A stretch of 63,263 bases of DNA, filler included, from Octopus bimaculoides (Eukaryota): the NCBI RefSeq assembly GCF_001194135.2. It is 4 parts of 3 records of this genome, joined end to end, with 100 filler letters (N's around TTAATTAATTAA, not from the genome) between each part and the next. Parts side by side here need not be neighbours in the genome. Positions count along the whole stretch, not along the records: positions 1 to 22,473 come from NC_068990.1; positions 22,574 to 48,199 come from NC_068982.1; 2 more parts are not named here. One strand, 5' to 3'. The notes beneath the pieces were generated by a model. The model saw nothing but the letters and a program-made list of their open reading frames with translations. It had not been told where the DNA came from and searched no databases. The translations under genes were made by a program, and so were the position numbers. Position 1 is the first letter of the stretch, and each line of letters begins with the position of its first letter. This document shows positions 11,181-23,521 of the stretch, piece by piece.

Positions 11181-11646
11181 ATAAACAGCAGTTTGCAATG
11201 TTTCACCAAAAAGAATTATAATTGTTACTAAATGTGACTAGGGTGTTAGAAACACCTACATTGCTAGAGATAAGAGCTAAAATGCTCTAATGCTGTAGTC
11301 AATATGCATAAATATAAACATATACATTAACAGGGCCCTTAATCGTGCGAAAATTGCCGATCGAGAATTCCTGATACTGACGTCAATTTCGGCAATTTTC
11401 GTTGCTTCACCAGTTGGTACTGGCTCGAACTTCGGCTCTTTCGGACTCGCTTCTCTATTAGTATATATGTTTTCATCATTCAAATTAATGGATGGTTTAA
11501 CGAATCGCCAATGTGCATACATAAAATTAATAAACAGCAGTTTGCAATGTCTCACCAAAAAGGAAAATTAGAATTGTCACTAAATGTGACTAGGTTGTTA
11601 GAAACATCTACGTTGTTAGAGATAAGAGCTAAAATGCTCTAATGCT
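11181..11646. repeat. Direct repeat pair of about 115 bp (11181-11294, 11530-11646) around a 235-bp spacer
   Basis: ATAAACAGCAGTTTGCAATG...GATAAGAGCTAAAATGCTCTAATGCT occurs twice. The spacer holds a 13-bp inverted repeat (11348-11360, 11389-11401). Confidence 0.9.
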
Positions 11647-12249
11647 ACACTCTCTCACATGCATTTGTACAAATATATGTGCATAGAAATATGCGTACAT
11701 AATAACACACAGACACAAACGCGCGTACACACGCATTCATAAATGCTTTGATAAGTCACGGCACAAACAATAGCTGACTTAGTAGCAGTACCTGCTCAGT
11801 AAATATTATGGTTAAGAAAGTCAATTCCAGACATAGATTGGATAAATGACTAGAGACGCATATACGGGTAGAAACGAGTTGTTCAACTTGAAACGTATCA
11901 TATTGCCTTATTTCTTTATTCGCAACACGAACAATTCTAGCCTTGCCTTCCACGATCGGGCTTTGATTATTTAACGATACTACTACCAATCAAAGCATTG
12001 TATAGTTCTTATTGTTTATGATGCGATAAAATCACAAACTGCGGCTTTTGAGGTTGAAAAGTTGATTTGACTTAAAAGAATCAATTCTTCATGCAGTTGA
12101 CACTTCTCGCTACCAGCAGCAACAACAGAAGCAACAGAAACAGCAGTAGCAGCAGCAGTTTCTCTGTAAATAGTCACCACTCCTTTCGATAATTTATTTT
12201 AATCTTTAATATCCATCAATCAAACTTACCTTTAAACGAATAATTAAAT

Positions 12250-12415
12250 ATAAGCGCAGGTATGTCTGTATGGAAAGAAATTTGCCTCCCAACCACATGG
12301 TTTCGGGTTCAGTCCCACTGCATGGAATTTTTAGGCAACTGTCTTCCTCTATAGCATCAGACCGACCAAATCCTTGTGACATGATTTAGAAGACGGGAAC
12401 TGTCAGAATCCCGTC

Positions 12416-12420
<5 letters not shown>
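12250..12420 (+). mobile_element. SINE family B with (TA)n tail
   Basis: CCCAACCACATGGTTTCGGGTTCAGTCCCACTGC...GACCGACCAAATCCTTGTG...GACGGGAACTG. Confidence 0.8.
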
Positions 12421-12464
<44 letters not shown>

Positions 12465-12593
12465 GGTATAATTATAAACAGGGCGAATTTTAGCCATTTC
12501 TCTGCAGACTAAAAAAAAAAAATCATGAAAAGCCTTAATCGATTTTTGAACCGTATTAGGTTCTCATCGGAGGAGTTCACATCATTCCAACAG

Positions 12594-12746
12594 TCTCCAG
12601 AGAAGCAAGCAGCCAAATTGTTTATATACTCAACAAATGCAGCAGTTACTTTGTGAAGGAATCCCTAATTTGCATACCGAAAGTGTTTAAAACTCTATAA
12701 ATATCAACTGTCTGTCAAAGGGGATCTTAATCCACACAATATCAAG
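12594..12746 (+). CDS. Candidate exon E4 with a 1-nt frameshift (SREASSQIVYILNKCSSYFVKESLICIPKVFK / LYKYQLSVKGDLNPHNIK)
   Basis: Acceptor ccaacag (alternative tattag at 12559) and donor AAG|gtatga. The frame is continuous only if one A of the AAAA run at about 12689-12692 is removed. Confidence 0.38.
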
Positions 12747-12804
12747 GTATGATTATAAATATGTAACATATGGTATAATTATAAACAGGGCAAATTCTTT
12801 TATT

Positions 12805-13236
<432 letters not shown>

Positions 13237-13699
13237 AAAAAAATGTAAATATTATGGCTGCATGTGGCCCTAGGAGCCGCGACTGAGAACTGCTGCTCCA
13301 AACACTCTGCCAATCCACCATCCTAGGTTTGTACTTTATTTATCGACACCAAAAGAACTGTAAGACCAAGACAATCTACTAAGAATAACATAAATACCTT
13401 CGAAAAGCATTCTACCATTTTATGACAAGAAATGATAGACTAACAAATGTCCAAGATGCACAAAGAAACGAGAAGATCGTTACTGAGATGTTTTTGATTA
13501 TAGATCTGACCAATCAGAGTCGACTTTTGGCTAAATAACAACAGAAGCAGTAGCAACAACAAGAACAATTGTTTTTAAAGTCTTAAAGTCTTAACGGAAG
13601 AAATCTTACCGAATCTGACGAACTGTTTACAACGTTAGGGTCGATTCACAAATGGTAATGACATAGCAGGAAATGCTTTCAAAAGTAATTTCGTACACA

Positions 13700-14105
13700 A
13701 GAAAAAGGTGAAATTTTTTGCAGAAGGAAAGAATCGATTATATCGATCTCAGTACTTGAGTGGTACTATACTTTATAGACACTCGGAAGAATTTCAACTT
13801 AAGAAATGTAAAGGTTAGTCAGTAAATACAAGACATTTTGTTCGACTCTTTAACGATTCTACCAAGCCATAATCTTACGTTTCACGAAAAATGGCTTCGT
13901 TGATTTACAAATCGGTGAATTAACAGAATCAATGAATTTGCATCGGGCAAAATGTCTTGGGGTATTTATTCTTCCTCTTTGCTTTCTTTCTCAATCGGAG
14001 GTGAGTTTTGCATTTCGTCCCCTAAAGTCGATAAAATAAAGAGCTAGTAAAGTATTTGGATAGATTTAAAGACTAAATTCAGTCACAAATTCCTGGTTTT
14101 GTGCC
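13700..14105. mobile_element. Two old SINE family A remnants in opposite orientation
   Basis: Degenerate cores at about 13735-13860 (-) and about 13985-14100 (+). Confidence 0.5.
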
Positions 14106-14114
14106 TACGTTAAA

Positions 14115-16077
14115 AACTATATATATAAAACAAAAGATGACTGTGTGTGTGTCCGTGTGTGTAGTACGTATGCGTTTCTATAATTTTCAGTCGATTTTCA
14201 CCAAACTTTACACACACATTACTTATGTGCCAAGGATGGTCATGTACTATAACATTTGTCCAGAGCTCCCGTGTAAAGCGAGAAACCGGGGAAAACGGTG
14301 TTTTACACGGGTTTTTCTCTAAAAGCTTCTGAAGTTTTCAACGATTCTCTCCCTTTTCTCTCTCTGTTTATTTCTATCTTCTCCCTCTTTTTCTTATTCT
14401 CTGTTTCTCTTGCTTACACATATACTCTTCCTCGCCTTCTGTAATAGTTCCTCTCTTTTAGTCTGTGCCTATTTCTTTCACTTTCCCCCTCTCTCTCTTT
14501 AACTCACTCACTCACACACTTACTAACTTCTGTCTACAAATTGAAAAGCGTATATTTCAATTAGTCGTGCATAAAAATCTCTGTTGTTACGGTTTTTGTA
14601 CGTTTTCCCTGAGAAATATTTAGTTACTTTTAAATTTTGTCTACCCAGTGTGATTAAATTCAGTTTTGCCACATCTGTCTAAAAATTGACTTCATTGTAT
14701 TTCAATTTTGTCGTGCGTAAGTATTTTCTTTACGGTATTTGTACGTTCTCCCTACAACATTACTTTTTGCACTCCATCTATTTAAATACACTATTTACAT
14801 TTCTCCCTCTACAATCGTGCATGCGTACGTATGGCCGCTATGGGCCACATACAGCCGATAAGACTTTATCACTAGTCAATGAGATTTCAACCACGCCACT
14901 GAGCAGTCATGCGTTAGAAAAAAACTATCCTAAAGCGGCTCAAATTTTTTCACTCACGCTATTTCCTTCTAGAGCTTTATACACTCAAACAAGGTTTGTA
15001 AGTTCTGTCTACAAATTGAATTCCTTGTCTATAGACATAAAATTATTTGTCTGTCTGTCTGTTCCCTATGCATTCTCAGACGGCTCGACCAAATCAAATC
15101 AAATTTTACAAGGTAATAGTATCAGATCCCGTGAGTGTCAATATGTAATTTTTTTTTCATTTGGATTAAAACAATATAACATTGACACTGGTTCGGTATT
15201 ACGTGTCAAAAGTGAAAGAATAAGATGTATATTGTAATGTCATATAATGTTGTTTCATTTTTATTCTTTCACTTTTCATTCTAAGCTTATAATAGTGTTA
15301 CACTTTTATTCTTTCACTTTTAATTCTACTGTGACAAATAAATGAATAATTTATATCCTAATGTGAACAACATTACGCATCGGCAACTTTCTATCTCTAC
15401 CGACATAGCAGCGGAATGGTGTGTCTGTGTATGTGTGTTGACTAACATAACGAACGACTGGAGGTGAAACTCTTGGCAAAAAACAATTAGGTGGCAGGTC
15501 CAAGGTATATAAAAATACACATTTACCGTTCAGTTACAAGTTCATAATTATCGCAGCAGTTGCAAGGTTGCACTGTATTTACAATGACATATTTATCCTT
15601 AAATTAATGGAGTCTCAATAGAGAAGGTTAGCAAACGCATGCTGCAGCACATCAAACAGAGTCTCAATGGAGAAGGGAGATGAGACTTTCTCAAGATCAG
15701 CAAAGGCATGCTGCAGCACCTCAGATGGAGACTCATGAGAGAAGGGAGATGAGACTTTCTCAAGATCAGCAAAGGCATGCTGCAACACGTCAAATGAAGT
15801 CTCAAGACAGAAGCGAGATGAGACTTTCCCAAGATCAGCAAAGGCATGCACATACCCCTGCTCCCAATTTTCCATGACAAGTTAGCGCCTGGAATACTCC
15901 AAACGGACGTATGACATGTCGTTTAGTCGAATTAGTCCATTATTTAGTCCACAAATGTTTTGTCAATGCTGCACTTTCCCGAGTCACCTGTTTCAATATA
16001 ACTGTAATATATATATATATATATTATATACAAACTATGCCGTTTTAATCTCGAGCAACGCCGGGTATCTCTGCTAG
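14115..16077 (+). mobile_element. Composite non-autonomous Helitron/HINE-like element
   Basis: The 5' end is TATATATAAAA..TGTGTGTCCGTGTG, with a second (GTCT)n-type start at about 15030. The 3' end is CTCGAGCAACGCCGGG hairpin plus CTAG|T, the same terminus as 22922-22949. Confidence 0.7.
15607..15850. repeat. 69-bp minisatellite, about 3.5 copies
   Basis: Units start GCAAA(G/C)GCATGC at 15631, 15700, 15769 and 15838. Confidence 0.95.
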
Positions 16078-16089
16078 TTAGGTTATAGA

Positions 16090-16220
16090 TTTTCTGAATC
16101 GTTTGAGTAATTATTGCAGTAATTCTGGCTCTTTATGTTCTGAGTTCAAATCCTTCCGAGGTCAACGTTATCTCTTATCCTTTCGGGATCGATAAAATAA
16201 AGTACCAGTCAAGTTCAGTG
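16090..16220 (+). mobile_element. SINE family A, partial
   Basis: GTTCTGAGTTCAAATCCTTCCGAGGTCAACG...CCTTTCGGGATCGATAAAATAAAGTACCAG. Confidence 0.7.
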
Positions 16221-16396
16221 GAAACATGGTACTTAATTTTCAATTTTCGATTGCTTAATGTAAAGGTCGATTCCAGCAAGATTTAATCTTGATATGCTTA
16301 AGGAAAAATCTAACTACTCTTGACAATTTACCGTTTTTGTAGCTACATCAGATTTCCAAAGACTTGAACGTTCTTTTGCGTTTTTGTATGTTTCAG

Positions 16397-16462
16397 GTTA
16401 GAAAGGAAAATATGAGAGAAGTTAACCTTCCTCAAGTTGCTGATAAAGGATTACGGAAGAAG
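16397..16462 (+). CDS. Candidate exon E5 (VRKENMREVNLPQVADKGLRKK; phase 0 to 0)
   Basis: Strong acceptor tttttgtatgtttcag and donor AAG|gtaagg. 66 bp with only one open frame. Confidence 0.55.
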
Positions 16463-18219
16463 GTAAGGACCTGCTGTTAGATTATTCCAGGTAGTATTGC
16501 ATTTAATCTAATCCACAAATAAACAAGGAACATGCTGATGCATTAAAGTAAAAGAGATCAGTCTGCATTTTGCTTCTGTTTACTCGCTGAAGGTACAACG
16601 TTTTATATTATGGGACGAGTAGCATATCTGATTTTCTTTGATTTCTTTCAAAATTCATTATTAAAAAAAAGAACCCAAAAAGAACAAAAAAACGTACAGG
16701 CTATTTGATATCGGTGTATTGTTGCAAATCTAAAAGGTATATAAAAGACATCGAATGTTTACAATATATGGGCAAAACTGCAAAACCATTTTTTTTTACA
16801 GAAGTGGCAAGCTTTTTGTTGTTTCAAGTTCATCCATTTTTGCCTTCTATGTTTTAAAATCGTTCACGTAATCCCACATTCCATGTAGAATGTCATCATC
16901 CTTATACAAGCTTGGTTTCAAGTACTTTTGTGTTTTCTCTGAATAAGTAAATTATTGATTAAATTGTGTATGAATATTTCAGGATTTTATGTGAAAACAG
17001 TCAATGTATTTTTCATAAAACGTGCATTTTTAATTTAATAAATTGGAAGCCGAAAGGCCAGATACATTATGTTTCTTTGTTAAATTCATATTACCATCTA
17101 ATGGAGATAAGTTTTCCAATTCATTTATTAATTCACTCATACATGTTACATAACTCGATTGACATATAGCTATTACAAAGATGTCGTCTGATTAAAGGGT
17201 GTTTGGCGAACACACACATTGAACTTAATCTGAGCTGGATTTTTTCATCGAGCGCCGACAAACGTGTAAATTGTTTGTCACTGCGAAATATTCTGCGTAA
17301 TGAGACGTGTTAGTCGAGATATCCCTCACTTTCTGGATGGAAATACCAGTGTTGCAAGTTAAGAGAACATTTTTTCAACTATCCAATGTCTGCTGCTCTC
17401 TTATAACGTCAATTTACAATTACATGAACTGAATCACTGAAAGTTGTCTTGACACTGTCATAATTCAGAGTATTACTTCTCGCAAGATATAAAATACAAG
17501 TAGAGTCAGGCCGCAAGCTGATCTAACCCCTTGGTTGATTGCAGCTTTTGTCTTTGAAATATTTTTTTCGCGTACATGGAAAAAAAGAAGTAAAGCTTTG
17601 AGGAAGAGTATTTAAAAAGTTTAAGATATTTGTTTTGCAAGATTCTTTATATAACGTCATGTGTTGAACCAGATGCTGATGTATCTCGGGAGAGTAATTT
17701 TGCCATTGAAAACGCATGCACCAATTCTATTCACTTTCTTTTATGATTATTAGTCAACTAATTAACTAATCGGTTGCCTAGCTAATCGTTTGATCAGTCA
17801 ACTGGTTTGTCAAAGTCCTGTTGCCATTCGCGATTCTTCAAAGACTTGACATCATTTTTCTTGGTCTGTTACAATGTATCTAAACTGTTTTGTTCTGTAC
17901 TTGCAATAGTTTTTGGGCTGTGTGTGAAACTGTGTGTATGTGTGTTTCGTTATGGTTTGAGATTTTTCTTGTATGTGTGTACAGGGGGATGGGGTGGTAT
18001 GTGAGTTTGAATATGTGTGATGCTTCATGAGTCTATATATGTAGATTATGTACATATTTATGTTATCCCAAAATACGACATATTTTAAACGTTTTTCGTC
18101 TTTTAGAGGTAGGTTTCTAATTCTAATTTGATGAAATTTGAATATATATATTTGTAAAAATATAATTAAAAGAAAACTGAGGAAAAACTTAAACAGTGTT
18201 GGACTGGAAATTCGAAACA

Positions 18220-18880
18220 TTTCACCAAGTCGCGTCAAGAATCTTTGTCTGTTAATAAGTCTGGTAGATCTTCAAGTTCGTGTTGCGTGTCTCTACTAAG
18301 ATCAACGTAGGTGAACGGTTTTCGTCGTCTGGTAGGGTGTGGAAGTCTCTAAAATATCACATCCGATATAGGTTGGTATTCGGCACGAGAGCAGTGGCAA
18401 GCAAACCTACCCTACATTGAGACACAATAATAGAGATGAATGATGTTCGTCTATAAATCTCCCTTTTGATATTGTGCTCTTGGCATGGCATATTTTAGAC
18501 CTTCATAAAAAACCTGATGCACGTATTATCAATGTAATCCTGGAACTCCTTTTTCGTACTACCGGTTTCTGCTCCATAGAGAAGAAAACCCTCTACATCA
18601 AGAAAGGCCGTCTTGTTGACTATGAATTGCATGGTTGCCAGTTGTTATGAGATTTGCTACAGGCAGTTGAAGTTTGTCTTTACGTATCAGGAAACCTTCG
18701 GCGATATTGAACTCCTTTATTTTGTGCACTATCACTGAAGATCATGTACTCATTCCTTCTTCCATTGAGAAACATGCCGACTTTGTTTACAGCATAGACA
18801 AGGAATGTTAACAAGTCTTGCACATTACAAAGTTGATCAATTGTAAGAGCAAAATCATCAATATAATCGAGGCCAAAGAG
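18220..18880 (-). mobile_element. RTE-X LINE RT and C-terminal fragment (decayed)
   Basis: LDYIDDFAL...AVNKVGMFLN...EYM (YADD-like) and RFACHCSRAE..ISDVIF.RLPHP.RRRKP.TYVD..RDT..ELEDLP. Confidence 0.8.
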
Positions 18881-20281
18881 ACACATGCTCTGCTGACCCC
18901 CCCCCCCCGTCCACTTCTGCTTGATGACGGGGTTGCATAAAACAATCACATCAGTTTTTATTATTTAATATATCTAAAGCTCTAACCGGTTGTACGTATC
19001 CTTGTGCTACTTTTCAGCATATCTGATTTAATCCGTTGTACTGCTCTGTAAATTTTAGTTATAATTCATTCAGTAAACACACACACNNNNNNNNNNNNNN
19101 NNNNNNNNNNNNNNNNNNNNNNNNNNNNNNNNNNNNNNNNNNNNNNNNNNNNNNNNNNNNNNNNNNNNNNNNNNNNNNNNNNNNNNNNNNNNNNNNNNNN
19201 NNNNNNNNNNNNNNNNNNNNNNNNNNNNNNNNNNNNNNNNNNNNNNNNNNNNNNNNNNNNNNNNNNNNNNNNNNNNNNNNNNNNNNNNNNNNNNNNNNNN
19301 NNNNNNNNNNNNNNNNNNNNNNNNNNNNNNNNNNNNNNNNNNNNNNNNNNNNNNNNNNNNNNNNNNNNNNNNNNNNNNNNNNNNNNNNNNNNNNNNNNNN
19401 NNNNNNNNNNNNNNNNNNNNNNNNNNNNNNNNNNNNNNNNNNNNNNNNNNNNNNNNNNNNNNNNNNNNNNNNNNNNNNNNNNNNNNNNNNNNNNNNNNNN
19501 NNNNNNNNNNNNNNNNNNNNNNNNNNNNNNNNNNNNNNNNNNNNNNNNNNNNNNNNNNNNNNNNNNNNNNNNNNNNNNNNNNNNNNNNNNNNNNNNNNNN
19601 NNNNNNNNNNNNNNNNNNNNNNNNNNNNNNNNNNNNNNNNNNNNNNNNNNNNNNNNNNNNNNNNNNNNNNNNNNNNNNNNNNNNNNNNNNNNNNNNNNNN
19701 NNNNNNNNNNNNNNNNNNNNNNNNNNNNNNNNNNNNNNNNNNNNNNNNNNNNNNNNNNNNNNNNNNNNNNNNNNNNNNNNNNNNNNNNNNNNNNNNNNNN
19801 NNNNNNNNNNNNNNNNNNNNNNNNNNNNNNNNNNNNNNNNNNNNNNNNNNNNNNNNNNNNNNNNNNNNNNNNNNNNNNNNNNNNNNNNNNNNNNNNNNNN
19901 NNNNNNNNNNNNNNNNNNNNNNNNNNNNNNNNNNNNNNNNNNNNNNNNNNNNNNNNNNNNNNNNNNNNNNNNNNNNNNNNNNNNNNNNNNNNNNNNNNNN
20001 NNNNNNNNNNNNNNNNNNNNNNNNNNNNNNNNNNNNNNNNNNNNNNNNNNNNNNNNNNNGAGAGAGAGAGAGAGAAAGAGAGAGAGATTCTTAAAGTCAG
20101 GCATAGAAAGAATATTAAATGGTAGGTAAATACTCTACAATTGAAAGAGAGAAGTGTAAGAAGAAGATAAAAAGAAAGAAGAGGTTGGTAGAGGTGTACA
20201 TATCAATAGGTAAATACACGCACACATATATTGATATATACATATTGCGTATATGCATGTCTGTATTAGTGCGCGCGCGTG

Positions 20282-20322
<41 letters not shown>

Positions 20323-20344
20323 TTACAATATATATATTATATAT

Positions 20345-21101
20345 AAGATGTGGAAGACGTGAATACCAAAGACAAACACTAAACAGTACTCAAAGAATTT
20401 CTTCTCAAACAAAAATACCCATCTCTACTTATCGAAAATGGTGTACATCATGCTATAGATATACCCATACAACAGCTTAGGACAATCCCCAAAAGAGGAA
20501 AACAAGAACAGTTCATACCATTTATAGTGACATACAATCCATTTCATCAAAATATTTTTTAACATCGCTAAAGCAAAACTTGCTGATCATTGCTCAAAGT
20601 AATGAATTAAAGGATATAATCACGGCTCGGGCTATGATTCTTAGTAAAAGACAGCCGAAGAACTTGAAACAATTATTAACAAAAGCAAAGTTTGACCCAA
20701 GCAACAATGACGAATCACTCATTGTATCGAAATGCGATGATAATCGATATGGTACATGTCAGTTCATGCATACCAGTCAATATATGAGCACAGAAACCGG
20801 AAGAATATTTGAAAATGCAAATATGAACTGCAAAAGCAGAAATTTAATTTGCTGCTTCAAATGCCAGAACTGTAAAGAGATATACGATGGTCAGACTGAG
20901 GATGCATTATCAGAACGTTCACGTTTGCAGCGACAGCAAATTAGGGACCCCGACGTCCGTCAGATCACTTTAAGCAAACATCTAGCAACATTTGGTCAGA
21001 AAAAGTTTATAATATTCCCATTCTACAAATTACACACCTCAAGTGAAGTTGAGAGAAAAGTCAGAGAAAAGAATTCTATTGATAAATTCAAACCCGTTTA
21101 G
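20345..21101 (+). mobile_element. Penelope-like element, RT thumb to GIY-YIG endonuclease (decayed)
   Basis: KRQPKNLKQLL...NCKSRNLICCFKCQNCKEIYDGQTEDALSERSR. Confidence 0.88.
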
Positions 21102-21288
21102 AATGGACTGTTATAGTAACGGTGATAGTTGTAATGATGATGGTGATAATAATAATAATACGTACTGCAGCTATTACTACTACTGCTATCACCGCCACCA
21201 TTAACAACAACAGTAATAAAGATGATGGTGGTAATGTTGACCATAGGAACATTGACCCGATTGAAATGTAAAAATTTCTGTAATAGTA

Positions 21289-21545
21289 TTGTGTTGGTGC
21301 ATAATTATTGCGGCTTTTGTTCAACAAATTTTATTCAACAAATGCAATAAGAATATTTAACAAAAACTTCTTTAAATGGCGGTCTAACCGTCTGCCAAGT
21401 AAATAGGAAGCAGTAATTGAAGTAGATGGTAAGTACGCTCCGGAATAATCATTTAAAGATGTTTTTATTACATGTTGTTATTATTTTTGTTGAATAAAAT
21501 TTGTTGAAAAAAAAAAAAAGCCGTAATAATTATGCACCAACCCAA
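21289..21545. mobile_element. Mariner-derived MITE
   Basis: TIRs TTG(T/G)GTTGGTGCATAATTATT(G/A)CGGCTTTT with TA TSD (21287-88, 21546-47). The interior retains the transposase C-terminus RLPSK*EAVIEVDGKYAPE. Confidence 0.88.
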
Positions 21546-22306
21546 TAACAATAGAATTCAATGGAAATAGGAATTCAATGAAACAGTTATTCATAGCAAA
21601 GAATCTTTGACATGCCCACCAAACCATGACCTCTAAACCACATACTGATGGGTAAAAATACAGTTAGAAATTAGTTGGCGCGCTCATCAAACCGTAATAT
21701 TCATTAATAACAAATTGGACGCAGTAGTGATCCATCTTGTTTTACTATGTCGAACGTTGACACTTATGGCGTATTTCTTCACTGGTGTGCGTGCTTATTT
21801 CCTCCTCCTCCTCCTAGACTGCGACCATACTGTAGCATGTGAACCATACTATTGCTGATTTTTCACATGTTTGTTATTAATTACAAACACATTTGGAATT
21901 TGCGTTAGATTATCGGAATCGTTGGAGCGTCGCACAAAATGCCTTGTGGTATTTTGTTTCAACTCTGTTGTTTTCCTTACGTTCATATCCCGCCGAAGTC
22001 ATCATTGATTATTATCCTTTCAGAATCCATCAAATAAAGTATCGGCGAAGAACTGGGGTCAATTTAATCGATTGCCGAAGCAGAGAACTAACATGGTACA
22101 ATAGAACCGAAATCCCCCACTCAGTCATAGAGTTTCGACCACGGATGAAGTGACTCTCCGGTTTGAGTACACTACCGACTTATGAATGTTATCTATTAGT
22201 AACATTATACACTGCAAATCTCTCCTACTCTGCTCTCTACCTGTCTCCTCTCTCACTCTATCATCCCTCAGCCTTCCGCTATTCTCTCATTCTTTCACAA
22301 AAGCAG

Positions 22307-22359
22307 ATCAAACAAGAAGATGCTTGAAATTTGCTTACGACAACTCACTGTTTTCTGAG
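22307..22359 (+). CDS. Candidate exon E6 (DQTRRCLKFAYDNSLFSE; phase 1 to 0)
   Basis: Pyrimidine-rich acceptor ...aagcag and donor GAG|gtaatg. Only one frame is open. Confidence 0.45.
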
Positions 22360-22517
22360 GTAATGTCCTTGTTTCTTGTTATATCATGTCCTGCTTTATT
22401 ACGCTGTATTCTGACATTATGTTGTGTGCCGACTTGCCAGCACTCATCGCGTGTGTGTGTGTGCTTATATATANNNNNNNNNNNNNNNNNNNNNNNNNNN
22501 NNNNNNNNNNNNNNNNN

Positions 22518-22529
22518 TTAATTAATTAA
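22518..22529. other. Assembly linker TTAATTAATTAA inside a 100-bp spacer (also at 48244-48255 and 59934-59945)
   Basis: Identical 12-mer with stops in all six frames, flanked by 44 N on each side, three times. Confidence 0.92.
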
Positions 22530-22699
22530 NNNNNNNNNNNNNNNNNNNNNNNNNNNNNNNNNNNNNNNNNNNNTTCTTACACACACACACATACATAAAT
22601 GTATACAAACATATTTACAAAGACACACGTGTGTACGCGCGCGCGCGTGCGTGCGTGCGTGGGAGGTTCCACAATCGCCATTTATTTCAATTACTCTTG

Positions 22700-22949
22700 T
22701 GAGGATATTCACGTAAATCATTTCTTTCATTTAATCCCCATTTTAATTTTCGTAAAAGTTTCCAAGTACCAATGAGGCTTTTTGGCACATCTTCAATTTT
22801 CCCCATTCATGAGAGGCGCCCAGCCATCATTCATTTGAGTGTCCATCTACAGAATGTCCTCAAATTTCTATACAGCATCTTTTGCCTTTTTTTCTTCAAG
22901 TATATAAGCAACAATTTCATTCCCGAGCAACGCCGGGTGCTTCTGCTAG
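22700..22949 (+). mobile_element. Helitron-like 3' end
   Basis: CCCGAGCAACGCCGGG hairpin followed by CTGCTAG|T. Confidence 0.65.
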
Positions 22950-23005
22950 TAATATATATAAGTGATAGCATTAAATACTAAAGGAAAAGTAAATACATTT
23001 CGTAG

Positions 23006-23049
23006 TACGTTGCTATTGATCACGAAACATATATGAAGCTACTTCAGCA
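23006..23049 (+). CDS. Candidate exon E7 (YVAIDHETYMKLLQ; phase 0 to 2)
   Basis: Acceptor catttcgtag and donor GCA|gtaagc. Only one frame is open; in phase with E6. Confidence 0.42.
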
Positions 23050-23089
23050 GTAAGCGTAACTTGAGGTAAAAGGAGTAGATATTGATATA

Positions 23090-23260
23090 AGAATTTGTCT
23101 CGGAGTGATAAAATATGGCGATGAGAGAAGGCGAGACGAACAGTCTAGGTGTGTTGGAGTGGAGCTAAAACGAGGCCAGCCAAGGCCAAAAGCGACAAAA
23201 AGAGGAGACACCACATTCGTAGACCGGAATTTGAAATGTATTGGTAAATGAATTCTTAAG
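23090..23260 (+). mobile_element. RTE-X 3' remnant
   Basis: ELKRGQPRPKATKRGDTTFVDRNL resembles the RTE-X C-terminal GRP..TFVD motif. Confidence 0.4.
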
Positions 23261-23462
23261 AATGGGACTTTTTCGTTGCGTTGAACAATTAATCTGTGTG
23301 TGTATAGCAACCATTCCTTCTTAGATGTGAAGTGGACTCTGGTTTTTGTTGTATATCAGAAACGATGAACCCACAAACACTCCACGCTTTATAAGAATGA
23401 AGGACAGAGATTGACTAAGAAATTCACAATCAAGTATAACAAATGTGTACTTTCATCATCAG

Positions 23463-23521
23463 CTGCCCAACGGATATCACTATCGTTTCGATACCTGAAA
23501 AGTGCTCGACAATGTCAACAG
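23463..23521 (+). CDS. Candidate exon E8 (CPTDITIVSIPEKCSTMST; phase 2 to 1)
   Basis: Acceptor actttcatcatcag and donor CAG|gtgatg. Bridges E7 and E9 in frame. Confidence 0.33.

Noticed and set aside
11181-11646. CRISPR-like or LTR-retrotransposon interpretation of the direct repeats
   Set aside because: Only two long repeats, no spacer series, no cas genes, and no TG..CA, PBS or PPT.
16803-16937. Minus-strand exon-like segment KTQKYLKPSLYKDDDILHGMWDYVNDFKT*KAKMDELE
   Set aside because: In-frame stop in the best frame and no recognisable family.
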